This document shows positions 23,875-36,500 of a stretch of 64,000 bases of DNA, piece by piece. The translations under genes and the position numbers were made by a program. The stretch comes from Tubiluchus corallicola (lineage: Eukaryota > Animalia > Priapulida), in NCBI GenBank assembly GCA_030141605.1, contig JAQGDQ010000081.1:372001-436000 (forward strand). The letters run 5' to 3'. Numbering within the stretch: the stretch's first letter is position 1; each line of letters opens with the position of its first letter. The notes beneath the pieces are model-generated. The model did not search any database. It was not told the origin of the DNA and worked only from the letters and a program-made list of their open reading frames with translations.

Positions 23875-24029
23875 TCTGTCGTTGTTACTACTGCCTGAAA
23901 ATAAAGAAGAAAAGCAATAATTATGGCCAAATTTGTAATGAATTTGCGATCAAAGCAAATTTATCAATCAAGGGTTTTAGTGTGCCTGTTAGTGTGTCAT
24001 CTTTGTATAGGTCATTGTTGTTATTTTTT

Positions 24030-24225
24030 CGTAATTTTCGTCATCGTCATCCTTACCAACATTTGCGTCTTCGTCATCATCGTCATCCTTGCTAACATTT
24101 CCGTCTCCGTCATCATCATCATTTTCAGTCGTCATTATCGTCATTGTAATTGTTGTTAAGTAATGATCACCTTAATTATAATCGTCGTAATTCTTATCAA
24201 TGTCAACATTATCATCGTCATCATT
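24030..24225. repeat. Degenerate (CAT/CGT)n tract in gene B intron 1
   Basis: Recurrent tcatcgtcatc units. Confidence 0.75.
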
Positions 24226-24269
24226 AGTTATATTCTGATTACATAGTGTTAGTATGCAATTTCACGTAC

Positions 24270-24388
24270 CTTTGTTTAATTGCTAATTTCTGTATTTTTC
24301 CAGTACCAAGTTTAACTTTTTTGCTGTTACCAGAAAATCGAAGACCTATGTTTTCTCAAAAGCTCCTTGGCGTTTGAGCTCCTTTATA
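24270..24388 (-). promoter_or_regulatory. TATA box and non-coding exon 1 of gene B
   Basis: TATAAAG at 24388-24382 (- strand), inferred start near 24358, donor AAAG|GTACGT after 24270. Confidence 0.62.
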
Positions 24389-24999
24389 CGGCAATCCAGG
24401 GCTGTCATGTGCATCCACACCTGAGCCAGGATGGCTCGGACATGCACGAATTCGTGGAATTCATCCAATCAATCAGTATTATCGATCCAAAATCTACTGG
24501 TTTTACCTGTTTCATAAGTCAATAATCACGATCATAATGTAAACTTTGGAATTGAATCAGTTGTTTTTTTATTTCACGGGGATTTACCTCCCCGGGACGA
24601 GCAGCTCTAGCTCTGTCAACATAACGCTTGCAACCTTGAGTAGATTTTGTTCCATCTTTTCCTATTCAGTTAGCTTAAAGTCTTGTAATTCATTCTCTTA
24701 TTAAATAACATCGTGGACCTGTCGAGTTTCAGTGCCCTAACAAAAGGCCTTCTTACGCTTAATAGGCTTATGGGTTAGTGAATTACATTTGTGCGGTTTC
24801 TTGGTCTTGTAACTTCACATCGTCTGGCACGATGACGTATTTTTGCCATAGTTAACAGTTATCATTAATGGTCATAGTTAATCACTGTGAACAATAATTT
24901 CATTAACAACGAGTGTGGCAAGAAACATTACCATATCAAACTGTGTTACACCTTTTTTAAAACCATTTCAGCATCAGACACCACATATTAACAAGTTAA

Positions 25000-25609
25000 A
25001 GGAAAACGGGACGATTTTTCATATCCTACCCCACTTTGAAGAACGGTAAAATGTATACATGTAAACGTCTATAATAATGCCAAAGCTTTTCTCATAATTA
25101 AATTATAGGTTTAAAACTTAATTAACGGCGTACGAGCTGAAGTAGTGATGGCATCACAAAGAAGATAATTTTCATCAACGTAAGCGTTCCATGAGAGTGT
25201 TGCACGTGCTTGCGAAAGCAAAAATTGCAGTGCCACTGTACAAAATTCAATGTGATATACAAAACCACAGCAAATTTTTAGTTTAAAATCTAAATTTCAA
25301 ATTTACCGCTGTGTTCACGCATGAGTTGTCGAATGTGTACACAGCATCATAACTGAACACCTCTACACAATAGGCGCAGCATCTGTTTTTGTACAACGCG
25401 TTTCCGACATGCAGGCGCTATGCCCATCTAATTAGCGAATGGCGAAATGCAAGTAACAGTGAAGAAGTTTTCGCGTCAACGCGAAACTACATTTATGTGC
25501 TAGCAAATTTTTCGCGCAATCCATTCTTGAAAAAGTGGTACATTCTCTTTCAATAGTTTATACTTTAGATTGTTTTGAGCAATAGTTTAAGATTGTGCCC
25601 GGTTTTCCT
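25000..25609. mobile_element. MITE with TTAA target-site duplication (Kolobok/piggyBac-like), 610 bp
   Basis: Left end TTAA|aggaaaacgggacgattt; right end, reverse complemented, TTAA|aggaaaaccgggcacaatct. Weaker subterminal inverted similarity (ccactttgaagaacgg vs ccactttttcaagaatgg). No ORF. Confidence 0.75.
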
Positions 25610-25820
25610 TTAAATATGAAAACCAAACATTTTGTGATAATGGCACTATAAATCATAAATTTTTAATGTTTCAAATTTAGGCGTTACCAAGTAGTAAGAC
25701 GGAAATCCCAGTTCATGAATTTTATGCTAATAGAATAAAAAGCAAGGAACTGTATGACCAAACACAGTTCTTTGTGATTTGCCTAGTATATTTCAGTTTG
25801 TTAGTGTAGTTCTACTGTTC

Positions 25821-25838
25821 CTTTTGGAACACCCTGTA
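25821..25838. mobile_element. Solo Tc1/mariner-type MITE terminus
   Basis: ttttggaacaccctg|TA is the reverse complement of the common TA|cagggtgttccaaaa terminus. The partner end was not found. Confidence 0.4.
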
Positions 25839-26326
25839 CTTTTTTTACCTTCCATAAGGCGTCGCCATGCGGCGAGCGTTCTGTATCACGTGACTTACGT
25901 CAGCGTACAACTTCTTTTCCATTTCCTGACTAATCTAATGTACAGGCATTCGCATACTCCCGCACTTAAGCACTGATTTCATTATTATAATAACTTTAAT
26001 CAAAAGTTACAGCTCAATAAATCATTCATTTTTCTGTCATCCGTTGAGTTTTCACGAGTTTGCGGAATAATGCGGTGTCCAAAAGCATTTATACATCGAT
26101 GATTTATCGCCATTTTGTCACGAGCAAGCGCTAATGTGCGAACAACTAATTTTCAGGCAAAAATTGAAATTTGTGTTTACGCCTCGATAATGTTCTGGTT
26201 AACTCGGCGTTGTATAATGCACGCGAATGCAAAGCAAAGCAAACGCCAATTTTAGAAGACGCTAAAAAAGTTTTATGTAAAACTGCCCGCTGATAAAAAA
26301 ATAATGGTTGTGCGACATTTTAATGT

Positions 26327-26608
26327 CAGGGCCTGATTTCGATTTTGTAGGTTCCTGGGCTACAGATGCTGTGTGGCCCCGACTACCAGTGACAATTAAC
26401 AAAAGCATCAATGCACAAGAAAACAATTCCAGTGTATTACAGTATATTAATTAATCGAGCCCTTTTAAATAGGTAATTCAGCATATTGCTACTCTCATTC
26501 TGTAGTAACTTTTCACAGTAAATTAATTTCACTTTATTTCTGAAGGCCCTCAGCTGGTAGAACCCCCTGGGCTGCAGCCTATAAAGCCAATGCCTAAATC
26601 TGGCACTG
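26327..26608. mobile_element. hAT-type MITE, 282 bp
   Basis: TIRs cagggcctgattt / cagtgccagattt (11/13 identical) and 8-bp flanking direct repeats tttaatgt / ttcaatgt (7/8). Confidence 0.75.
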
Positions 26609-26853
26609 TTCAATGTGACTGAAAACGAATAAAAATGAGTAAATGGCTTTCTAAGCGAATTAGTTAGGTTATACATTTCTCACGTTTTCTAATTGCTGCC
26701 TACGTTTGATTTGAAGAATGTCTTATAAGCCTAGAAGTTAACTTAATGTTAATTGATTCAGACATTATGCAAAGTCTAAAACAAAGTTAATTTTTTTGTC
26801 TTATCTTTGAAGTTCAATAAAGGCAGTACATTTAAATTTAAAACTAAAAATCA

Positions 26854-26987
<134 letters not shown>

Positions 26988-28796
26988 GCGGTGGAGTGGA
27001 AACGGGCGTATCAATTGAGCATAGAAGTGTAAGATTTGTGAGATTTGCTAGGATTTTGGCTAGGAGGGAAAGATAGTGAGAGAGAGAGGGAAGGAGAGTG
27101 AGCTGGCTAGGTAGCGAAACAAACTAGAAAAGTTCGTAAATCTCATTTCAAGACTTATTCATTACTTGAGAAAACTTTTATTGCCTAGCTGACAGGCACC
27201 TTGATAATCCCTTAATGCTTTGCGAGCTTTATTATCATTAATTGTCATTTTAAGTCTAAAACAACGTACACTTGTTACACATAATGAATGGCTACGTTTA
27301 TTAGGAGCAGTAATTGTTGCAGAATGCTGAGGCCCCTGCTTGAAAACGCGAAGTGCCATTTCTTGCTCCTTGAAGTAGGAGTTTTCAACCGCCGTTCTAA
27401 TCACTGCTAATGAATCACCGAAACCGCGATTCTTTAAAAGAGCAATGCTGGATCTGTTAAGCGGAAATGACGTAGGCACGGTGTTTTTGAAAGTGAAGTT
27501 GCGAATTCGATGGGAATCCTCATGTACGTCTTTCGACGGCAGTTGTTATAAAAAAACCAATGACGTCTTTCCATGTCAATTACATTGTAAAAGTTCCATA
27601 TGTTTTTGACCCTTCTAGCGCACTGAAGATTAATGATCATTGACCTTTCTATGGTATGGTAGTTCAGTTTCAAGCATCTTCGAAAGTTCAACGATCTTAG
27701 ACGTTTCTAAAACGATATTTGTAGAATTTTATAGTTGAAGTTTGGCTTCATTCTCAATAATCTGTCGAAGTTAGTACGATCTGAATCTTTTATAACTTAT
27801 GTAATACTTGTGCTGTTCTGGGAAGTATCTCATTTTTATGAACAAAATTACGACTCGATAAAAGTTGCAATATTTTCGTTGTTGTAAATATTGACGGAGA
27901 TTATTATACAAACACTCCGCGCTGGATTTCTCTTCTATGCTAATCTATTTAATTATTAAATTACATGTGATTTCCGGTCATAAATATTTGATTAATAGCC
28001 ATAAACTCGTCGCTTAGATTATAAAACTCAGGCGACATGTTTAGGTAGAAAATTCTTTGAAGAAAAAAGAGTTCTTTGAGAAGAAAGGTGAAAATTTCGG
28101 AAGTAGAGCGAAGTAGCCTTTTATGAGAAAATGCTAGTATGTATGTATAAGTTTGTAGTACACCTTTTTTGTCACTAGCTGTACAACACTTGCTTATTCT
28201 TAATGTGTGTGGTGTTGTATGCAGTCCAATTTAAAACACAAGTGCTACTCATTTTGATTACTGCTTACCTAAGCAGAGCCTTTGACAAACATTTTTATCA
28301 TTTTGTAAACTGGCACTAGGAAGTTCATAATTTACTTGATGTTATTAATCGCGATAAACGAATAAAGGGACCGGTGCGAGATTTTCTCATTTTACGATAC
28401 AGAACGTATATAGAACGTAAATACATAGCTGTACATAGATGTGTTTAAATGGGAGACATCTTAATGATTTTCATTAATTCGAAATACGTGAGCAACGGTT
28501 CAACTGCCGTCGTTTCTATATGTAAAATAAGAAATTTTATATTGCAATTAAAGTTTACGAAGAGGTACCTTAATACACGAATGAGAGTGTTCATCTGACT
28601 TGGTTTGACTTATTTATTTTCTTATATAGAAGGATTACGTGATTCAGCTCACTACACTACGACAAGTGCCTGTGGGTGCGTTGTGGATTTAGTTATTATT
28701 GCTATCTTCGTAGATTTCTAGTCAAAATATGGCGTTAATTTATCGCGGTTATTTGAATTTCAAAGGAACAGTTTTATATAAGACTACTTGTTTCAG

Positions 28797-28845
28797 GTGG
28801 ATGTTTTGACTGAAGTTCTGAGATCAACCACTGCCAGCTAGATCG
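28797..28845 (+). other. Probable non-coding (5'UTR) exon, 49 nt
   Basis: Acceptor ctacttgtttcAG| and donor TCG|GTAAGT. All three frames contain stops. Confidence 0.55.
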
Positions 28846-30119
28846 GTAAGTGAAAATAATAACCCTTTTTTCGTTATTTTTGTAACAACAATGAATTTCA
28901 TTAGATTCTCCAAATCTAAGAGCATATGACTGTAGTCTCAGTTAAAAAAAGTTGCGAAAGTTTAAGGCCAAATTGACATTATCAACTTCACCTTTTAATG
29001 ACGAAAATAGTCCACAATTTTTGAAGCTAAATTTTTATCTAGACCCACTTGGGTTGTGCCACTTCGTGGTACTTGGTTCAAATCCGGTCTCGATCCCGGA
29101 TTTTCGTGTTTTCTTTCTTTCGCTGAAACTCGATTTCGAAGTTTATTAATTTGAGTCTTTCTGTTACTAAATAATAATCTTAAAAAATTGAATAACGTTT
29201 TTCGTGCTTTTTTGTTATTTACGTCCAATAATCTTAAAGTTGAATAATGTTTTTTATTCTTTTTTGCCATTTACGTATTAATTGTAACTCATATTTTACT
29301 AGTTTTAATGTATAAGAACATTACTATGAAGCGATTGTAAACCTATTATTTAAATGTTGTAAGACGTTTTTGTAGCTATGAATATGTAATGGCTTATTGG
29401 TCTGACATAACTGGTTTTACCCACCGCATCGACGTTTATTATTAACTTTATTTTATTTACCCAGCACGTCTGCAACATCTGCGATTATTTCACTGTTTTT
29501 GCATTTTATGATGCATTGTAAACATAGTAGGTCTTGTTTACTCGCAATAATTGTTTTTCTGTTTACTTTAGTATTATTCTAGAGTTTGCTGCATGCGATA
29601 ATACGTCCGCTAAAACAAATGCGCACAGAAAAAGTGCATTTTGCAGTTTGTATATATTAAACAGGAACATAAAACGAGACTAGATTTCTATAAAGGATAT
29701 TTCCCCAATAATAATTAAGAAATTAATAATGTACGCTACTTTTCTACACTTTAATGCACCGTACCTTCTGTTACTAATAGTCAGAACTGCATAAGGTGTT
29801 GCTAATAATTTTGAAAAAGAATATCATAATTAGCTTGTTTTGTTGAATTCAAAATTATACAACTTAGTAGTCTAACCATGTGAAAAAATTATGATTATTA
29901 CTGTAGGTTTTGTTTTTGTTTTGAACAATGATTGAGTTTCAACCCAGTTTTTTGTTTCTTTGTTACAGAGAAGAACTTTTTACATAATGAATAGCGTTCT
30001 ATTTGTTTCGTTCATACATGACTCCCTGACTCTTTTGTTTTGTTTTGTTTATTTAGCTTTTTGCTAGGTGAATCAAGTGATGTTGCTTGTTTTTTCATAC
30101 TACAGCTATGAACCTAGTT

Positions 30120-30200
30120 CTTGGTTGTAGGTCTAATGCTGTTGTTCCTGATTTGTGTTCGAAAGGTCTTTGATTCAAATCCAGCCAAAATGTCGACCTT
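30120..30200 (+). mobile_element. Degenerate tRNA-derived SINE head
   Basis: A-box-like gtaggtctaatg and B-box-like gattcaaatcc with tRNA-like spacing, but no intact cloverleaf. Similar relics at ~7335-7380 (+), ~29040-29100 (+), ~35410-35475 (-) and ~46325-46400 (-). Confidence 0.4.
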
Positions 30201-32049
30201 TTCACACGGTATTTCGTTGGCTAAGTTTGGTTCCAAAAATTCAATTAATTGTGAATTTATACCATCAGTAATTTTGATTGGTCCGAGATACGCAAGCACG
30301 TGTGTACATATTTTAAAAAACGTGCGCATTTATTTAGTTGTGTTTTTAATATTTTACTTTCATCTTTGCTTTTTTGGTTTTCTCTTTCCGATTTGCATTT
30401 CTCGAGATATTCGTTTTTAGCTTTAGTGTTTTCGTTTATGATTTCTGGGTACTTGGTAGGCCTACATATTATTTTTTTCATTATATAGTTTCATTATTGT
30501 TTTTGAAACTTCAGCTTTCCGAGTTCTGAACTCATTTAGTCTGGCTGACATTTACACTTGTGAGATTGATGAAAATGACTCCCCTCATTGATTCACGAAT
30601 CATATCTGCCTTAAAATGGAAAATAATTTTAAGCTGCTGAATCGTTGCGTCGTTCTTTACGAGATTTCACCATATTCTCCACGACCATTCGACAATCCAC
30701 AACCGATCGTGATTGTTGAGCACATTTGTCTTTGGTACGCATCTGAAAAAGGCGGCATAATAACTAGTCTCTGCGGCAGAAAGAAGCTGTTTGTGTTACA
30801 GAGCTATTTATCGACTTGCCAGTTTTTGCCATTCAACATTCTGCGTGAGAATCATTTCCCCAGAACTTGTTTTTCGATCGAAGAATTTGTATTGAATGAC
30901 TGTGTTAACGATGAATTGATTCTTAGCTGAATGTTTGCCAGGCTGTTAGATGAATGACCCGTTATATTTCATACTATGCTGGCGTTGTGGGTCGCTTTGG
31001 TGCGCTTTTGTTGTGGGATTTCGTTACGCGTATTTGATCGTCGTGGCTTCGCTTCTGTGTGACATTTGTTCAGTTTACGACTGCTACTCAGGAAATTGTA
31101 AAAAATGCAATGCGATTTTCTGTTTCTTAGATGACAGTTTTGCTGATCTTGTTTGAGTACATATGATGGATCCAAAGGTTAGTGGTTCAAATCAAGTTCA
31201 GTATTTGTTTTTCACACTCCTTTCTTCTCTAGAAGTTCAGTTTTAGTCATCACATGTCCATGTACGTAGTTTGCATTTGTGGACGTTGCTTCTGAATTAA
31301 AGTTTCACGTTCATAGATTTCAAAAGTTGTACTTTGAAAGTGTAAATGTCACTAAACTAAATCGTACTGAAATTTATTTTCTTATATATTGCTTTGCATA
31401 TTTATTTGTTTATTTGAGACACTTGTAAAAATTATATTTTCTTAAAGGCCTCAAGCAACTGATACACGCTGAGTTAATAAATTAAAATAAAAACACACTT
31501 TTTCACACACACACATTGAAGAAATATTGATGTTAATTGGGGTAGAGTCAGCTAGTTGTGAACTAAAAGAAGTTAAGCTTACAATATTGTGATTAAGACT
31601 CTTTCGTATTATAATGGCCTGTTAGCAAAATAATATTTATAAATATTTATGCTAGCAAAAATAAATTGTGATATGCTTATTAATGCTACACTCTAGCTTA
31701 ATTTGCAGCAAAATTTTATATTTAGCGCTCAACAATAAGGCTTACTTACGGATATTGAATGACTGTGGTAGAATTGGTTGGAATCTAGTTAATTAGTAAA
31801 GGTTGTCTTGTCAGATGAAACACTGAATCATCAACTATGTCTGGATCGGCATGGACCCCCCCCCCCCCCCAAATGAGAAAAATAGACGGAGACAGATGAA
31901 ACTGCCTTGAAATAGCTTCCTAGCTGCCATCCATTTAGTTGTTAGCCAGAATCAGTGTTGCACAACTATTGGTCGCATGCGTCAAAATCACGAAAGCACG
32001 TATTTTCTGTGTTACCTAAGGATTAAAAGTGAAATTTTGACTATTGCAA

Positions 32050-32868
32050 AAAATTGATGGTGATGGTGATGCTGTAGAACAAGTAAATGAAATGAAGTTC
32101 ATAGGTCTTATCTTAAATGAATACTTAGATTGGAAACCACACTTAAATATGATTCATTCAAAAATTGCTAAAAACATCGGGTTAATTCAGTCGAGTTAAA
32201 CATTGTTTTACCAAAGAACACTTATCACTCTTTATAATTGTCTAGTACTGTCATACTTAACCTACTGTAATATACTTTGGGGACACACTTACCCTTCATC
32301 TCCACTTAAATTAAATTTCCTCCAACGTAAGTTCACAATATTGATAGCTAATTTGAACAAACGTGATCTTAATCTTTTTAAGAACTATTCTATCCCAGCA
32401 CTAAATGATTTAATAAATTTGAATTCCGCTATTTACATGTACAAAACTAAACTTAAATTACTTCCGCTTTCTTTGTAAACCCATGATCTATCAATGTAAG
32501 ACATTACTCAACAAGATCTAATGAATTTATTACAAAGTATTGCAGGTTTGCTAAGTCGGTTTCTGTATTTTTATAGTTCGCTTTACTTCATACAGTTACC
32601 ATCACATCTTTCTCTTTCTTTCTATTCTCCTTCAACTTATCTTTTCTACTTCTTTGGTGCTCCGTTTTATTTTTCTCAATCCACACTCATTATGGGTGTT
32701 CTCAACAAGTGATTACTTCTGGACTATCTCTCGAGTACTACGTGTCATTGCAGCTTGGAATCTTGGGTACATAATAAATATCCTATTAAATTCTTTGGAA
32801 GTGCTATGCTGTAATGATTGTTGTGGATGTGTTTAATAAATAAATGAAAATAAATAAATGAATAAAAG
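32050..32868 (+). mobile_element. 5'-truncated, frameshifted non-LTR retrotransposon (L2/CR1-group LINE): RT thumb/C-terminal region and 3' tail
   Basis: Translates as VEQVNEMKFIGLILNEYLDWKPHLNMIHSKIAKNIGLI, then after a frameshift RTLITLYNCLVLSYLTYCNILWGHTY..LNFLQRK. This matches the KFLG..D..L.W..HI and LY.SL....L.YC...WG motifs of these LINEs. Ends in an (aataaat)n tail at ~32836-32868. Confidence 0.9.
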
Positions 32869-33499
32869 ATGCTTGCCAGAACAGAACTTTTGTTTAAATT
32901 AAAATTGTGATATTATTGCCTTATTTGCGCAGTTTTTTTATATGTTAAAGCTTCATCATAACCTTTCACTTTGACGGAAGTATTGAATTTGCGCCTGCGC
33001 TCTGGTCAACTTCCGATCCATGCTTCAGGGCCTTTACAAACCGCGTAATTTAACAATCAGCCCTTTTAGATTTTAATACAAATGAGATTTTACTTGAGCG
33101 GAAATTAGAGAGGTGCTGCGCCTGAAGCCTTTAACACAACTCCCAGTAAAACTCTTGTTAAAGTGTAATCGCAGTTTGATTAGGGAATGTTAGATGACGG
33201 GAGGATCCAGGTTTAAATTTAGTCAACGTGGCGACACGTAGCGGAGAAGGGAGGACGTAAACGTGCTAGATAAGCAGATTTGAGAGAGAGCTGCAGATCT
33301 GAAAGATAGAAAACTGGTCATTCTCAAAGCTTCAGCTTATATTATAATGCTATAGTTGTGTGCTGTTTGAGTGGCGCTTGAGGCTCTGGAAGCATTCAGA
33401 CGTGTAATTGTTTATCAGTGCCCAGGGTGCCAGACAGACAGGAAATTGCGACTTCTTCTCCTTCTTCCGCTGTTCGTGTCACCTTCCGTGGCTTCTGGA

Positions 33500-33572
33500 C
33501 TAGTTTGATTTGTGGAGAATCAAAAGGATCAAGCTAGCAAGTTTGAGCGGAGAATCAAAAGGATCAAGCTTG
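33500..33572. repeat. Short tandem duplication (about 35 bp, two copies)
   Basis: agtttga...ggagaatcaaaaggatcaagct occurs twice. Confidence 0.9.
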
Positions 33573-36500
33573 TAGATTTAACTGTAGTTCAAAATAATCG
33601 CACTTGGCAAAGGCAAAAGCGAGTAAACCAGCAAAGGCATTCTTTCTGTGGCTGATGGGTATCATCATGGTTGAAGATTTACTAGAATCGGTTTTTTTAG
33701 TCTAGATTACCACAGCCCTTTATATTCTTGTGTATAAGTTAAAAAATATCGTGCGCAAACATGACGGAGCCCTGTGTTAGAGATTTTTTCTATTGAAGTT
33801 GGTATAGATTAATTTCACGTGTTGCTGATTCAGTGCACTGATTTTCACTAAAACTAAAATTTAAAAAAACAGCTATAATACTGTATTTAGGTAAAGTAAT
33901 GCTTGTAGATGGAGCTTAACTGAAAGCAATTTCTGCAAACGAAAAAGCTCTTTCGGTTTAACAAGCCATCCTACTCTTATACTTATGATGTAGCTGTGAA
34001 CCACTTCAAGAGCTAGCCTTTAATGACCTGCCTTTATTCTAGTCTATGCTGAAAAAATTTATAAATAACACGAGATTATCTTTATATCCGTTCACTGCGC
34101 CTCGAATGAAACTGTCTGAAGTTTTGAGGCTTTACTTAAAAAGTAACAGAATTATATATATATATATCTATACAATATTATTTAAGTACTAGAAGTGTGC
34201 TATGCTTCTGTTGTATCGATGCTTTCACAGTGTGATTACTCTGGGCGTATGCCCTCTTAAGAGTGCTGGACCCGTATTTGTAGCTCTTCAAACAAAGCTC
34301 AAATTTAACAACTTTAGCTAATATGACATCAATGTTAAATGTCCAGTTTTCTCTTACGCTGAGCTACTTGTCGCTGGGTCTATTGTCATGGCAACTCGTT
34401 GTTTACACCAGCTGTGTGGTAATGTGTTAATCCAGAGAAACATAGGCGTGCTCCTTTATTTCAAGGACACTTGGTGAGTAGGGTTAGGGAACGTGGGTGG
34501 AACACCTTGCGGCGAATTACGCACTCGTGAATGCACAGCCGTTGTTCGTTTAATTACCACCTGCGTTACATTGTTCGGTTTTAAATGGATTACTTTCTAG
34601 TTACTTGTTTAGGTCCATAGGGTTATAATTTTTTAAATGTCAACCTGTATTATAAACTAAATCAAATAACTATTTATTGCTTGTCATATTAACTGGTTAA
34701 GGACGGTTAGAGGAACATAAAATATCACGTGATTTTTTTTTCTGAAAAGTTATAATCAAAAAGATTTTGACAAGATAAGGATTTGTAGTTTGCAGAGCCA
34801 TTCATTCGTTGTATGCATGGCGTTTGTTTGACTGGCTCCGCTGCTTCACCTTCATTACTTTTAACCTAAAAATATATTTTGATGTTAACTACCTACTTGC
34901 CTGTCTACTCGGTGCTTTGCCAAAATTGAATGACTAAAGTTAGTCGTTTTGTGAATTAATCATTTGATTCATTTCGAGCATTTTTGCTTCTAATGTGTTG
35001 AATCAACCTTTCCAACTAAAACTCCCAATATTTGCTAAGATAAGATAAGACACTTTATTTATAGTCGGTGTTTAAAACAGAGAACATTAGCCGAAGCTAC
35101 TATAATCGACATGCTCATTGTCGCCTAAATACTCAGTTATTCACTGTTATGAGAAAGTAGAAGAGAACACCGCATTTCAGTCCACTACAGGTTAAACATC
35201 CGGCTAAAAAGGAAAAGTGACATAAAGTTACGAAATGCTATTTTTTAGGTTTTTATATTTTATCAACATATACGAAAAATACCACGCCTAAAAACTTTAT
35301 GCATTTATTCATTTTTATACCCATTGCCCTGGATTTATAGCTTATGAAAATAGCAAATCCTATTAAAGCACGAAAGCCAATATTAAATTAGAAAATCTGA
35401 AAATTTTGTAACTCCATTTGAACTCGAACTCAAGACTTCGATTTTTCAGACTCAAAAGTTTAAACTGATTTACATTTCTTGTTATTTTTTGTCATTTGCT
35501 GTTCAAGTTATGTTTGCTGGGGTAATTATTATTGTTTTACCCTGCCATGTATGTAGGCTATCATGCAGGCCTTCTGTTTACACATCTGAAGATCACGTGC
35601 TGGACTGTGGTCAGCCACAGCAGCAGCCTGACCATTACAGTTTCCTTAGTGCTTGCCGCCGATTGAGCAGCTTCCACCGCGTCTCTCCGAGCACCGCCTC
35701 TTTTCCCAGTTTTCCTGTAAAATAAGCGGAGCAAGTTGAGGTGGTAGCGTTTACCTCCAGCGCAACATTTTCGTGTGAATCCTAAATATAAGAAGTTAAT
35801 TAAAAACCGATGTGGCAAGCTGAAAGAAGAGGAGGGCATTTCGACTCATCCCAGCTGATTATTCCGGAAACTGTTGCACGGTTGAGTCATGTTGCAAGAT
35901 TTACGACCTTCTAAACTGCAACCTTTTTGAAGTTTGAAGGATTGAAACATTGGAACGTGCGAGAGTACAGCATACTCTATCTATTAGTAGGACTACTACG
36001 ATTGAAAAGGTTGGTTATTATGGTGTTTAGAAGGTAATTTCGAACGTCTCCATTAAAGTAGTTCAAGGTGAATTTAATCTTGATTTTGCTCGCGAACTGG
36101 CTTCTAGCATTGACACCGAACGACTTTAAAAACTACTGTGTCATAGTATTGTGACTACTGAAGGTGCTAGTTGTACGCAAGGTTAAAATGAGATATTTCA
36201 CTCTGTATAAGGAGCAGATTCCAATGTTTTAAGGTAGGTTATAATCAAAATCGATGTCGATATTCAGTATTGCAAAAGAAAGAGGAAAATATTCATTTTT
36301 TGTGTTTGTTTGTTTCCCAGCACCTGAGGCGCAGCATTTACGTAACGAAAAATTAATCAGTCTAGTTCTGACTAATGAATTATGAATTATAACATACGTA
36401 GTTTCAAAAAGCAAATTAGTAAAATACTGTTCTAATTAAATTATTATAATGCTAGTTAATACAAATTACTAAATTTTATCCTCCAATTTTTATAGTTTAT

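Noticed and set aside
30120-30200. Functional tRNA gene (also the B-box-like sites near 7370, 29075 and 46335)
   Set aside because: No complete cloverleaf or acceptor stem can be formed, so these are treated as SINE relics.
32203-32478. 91-aa ORF as a host gene
   Set aside because: It is part of the frameshifted LINE reverse-transcriptase relic.
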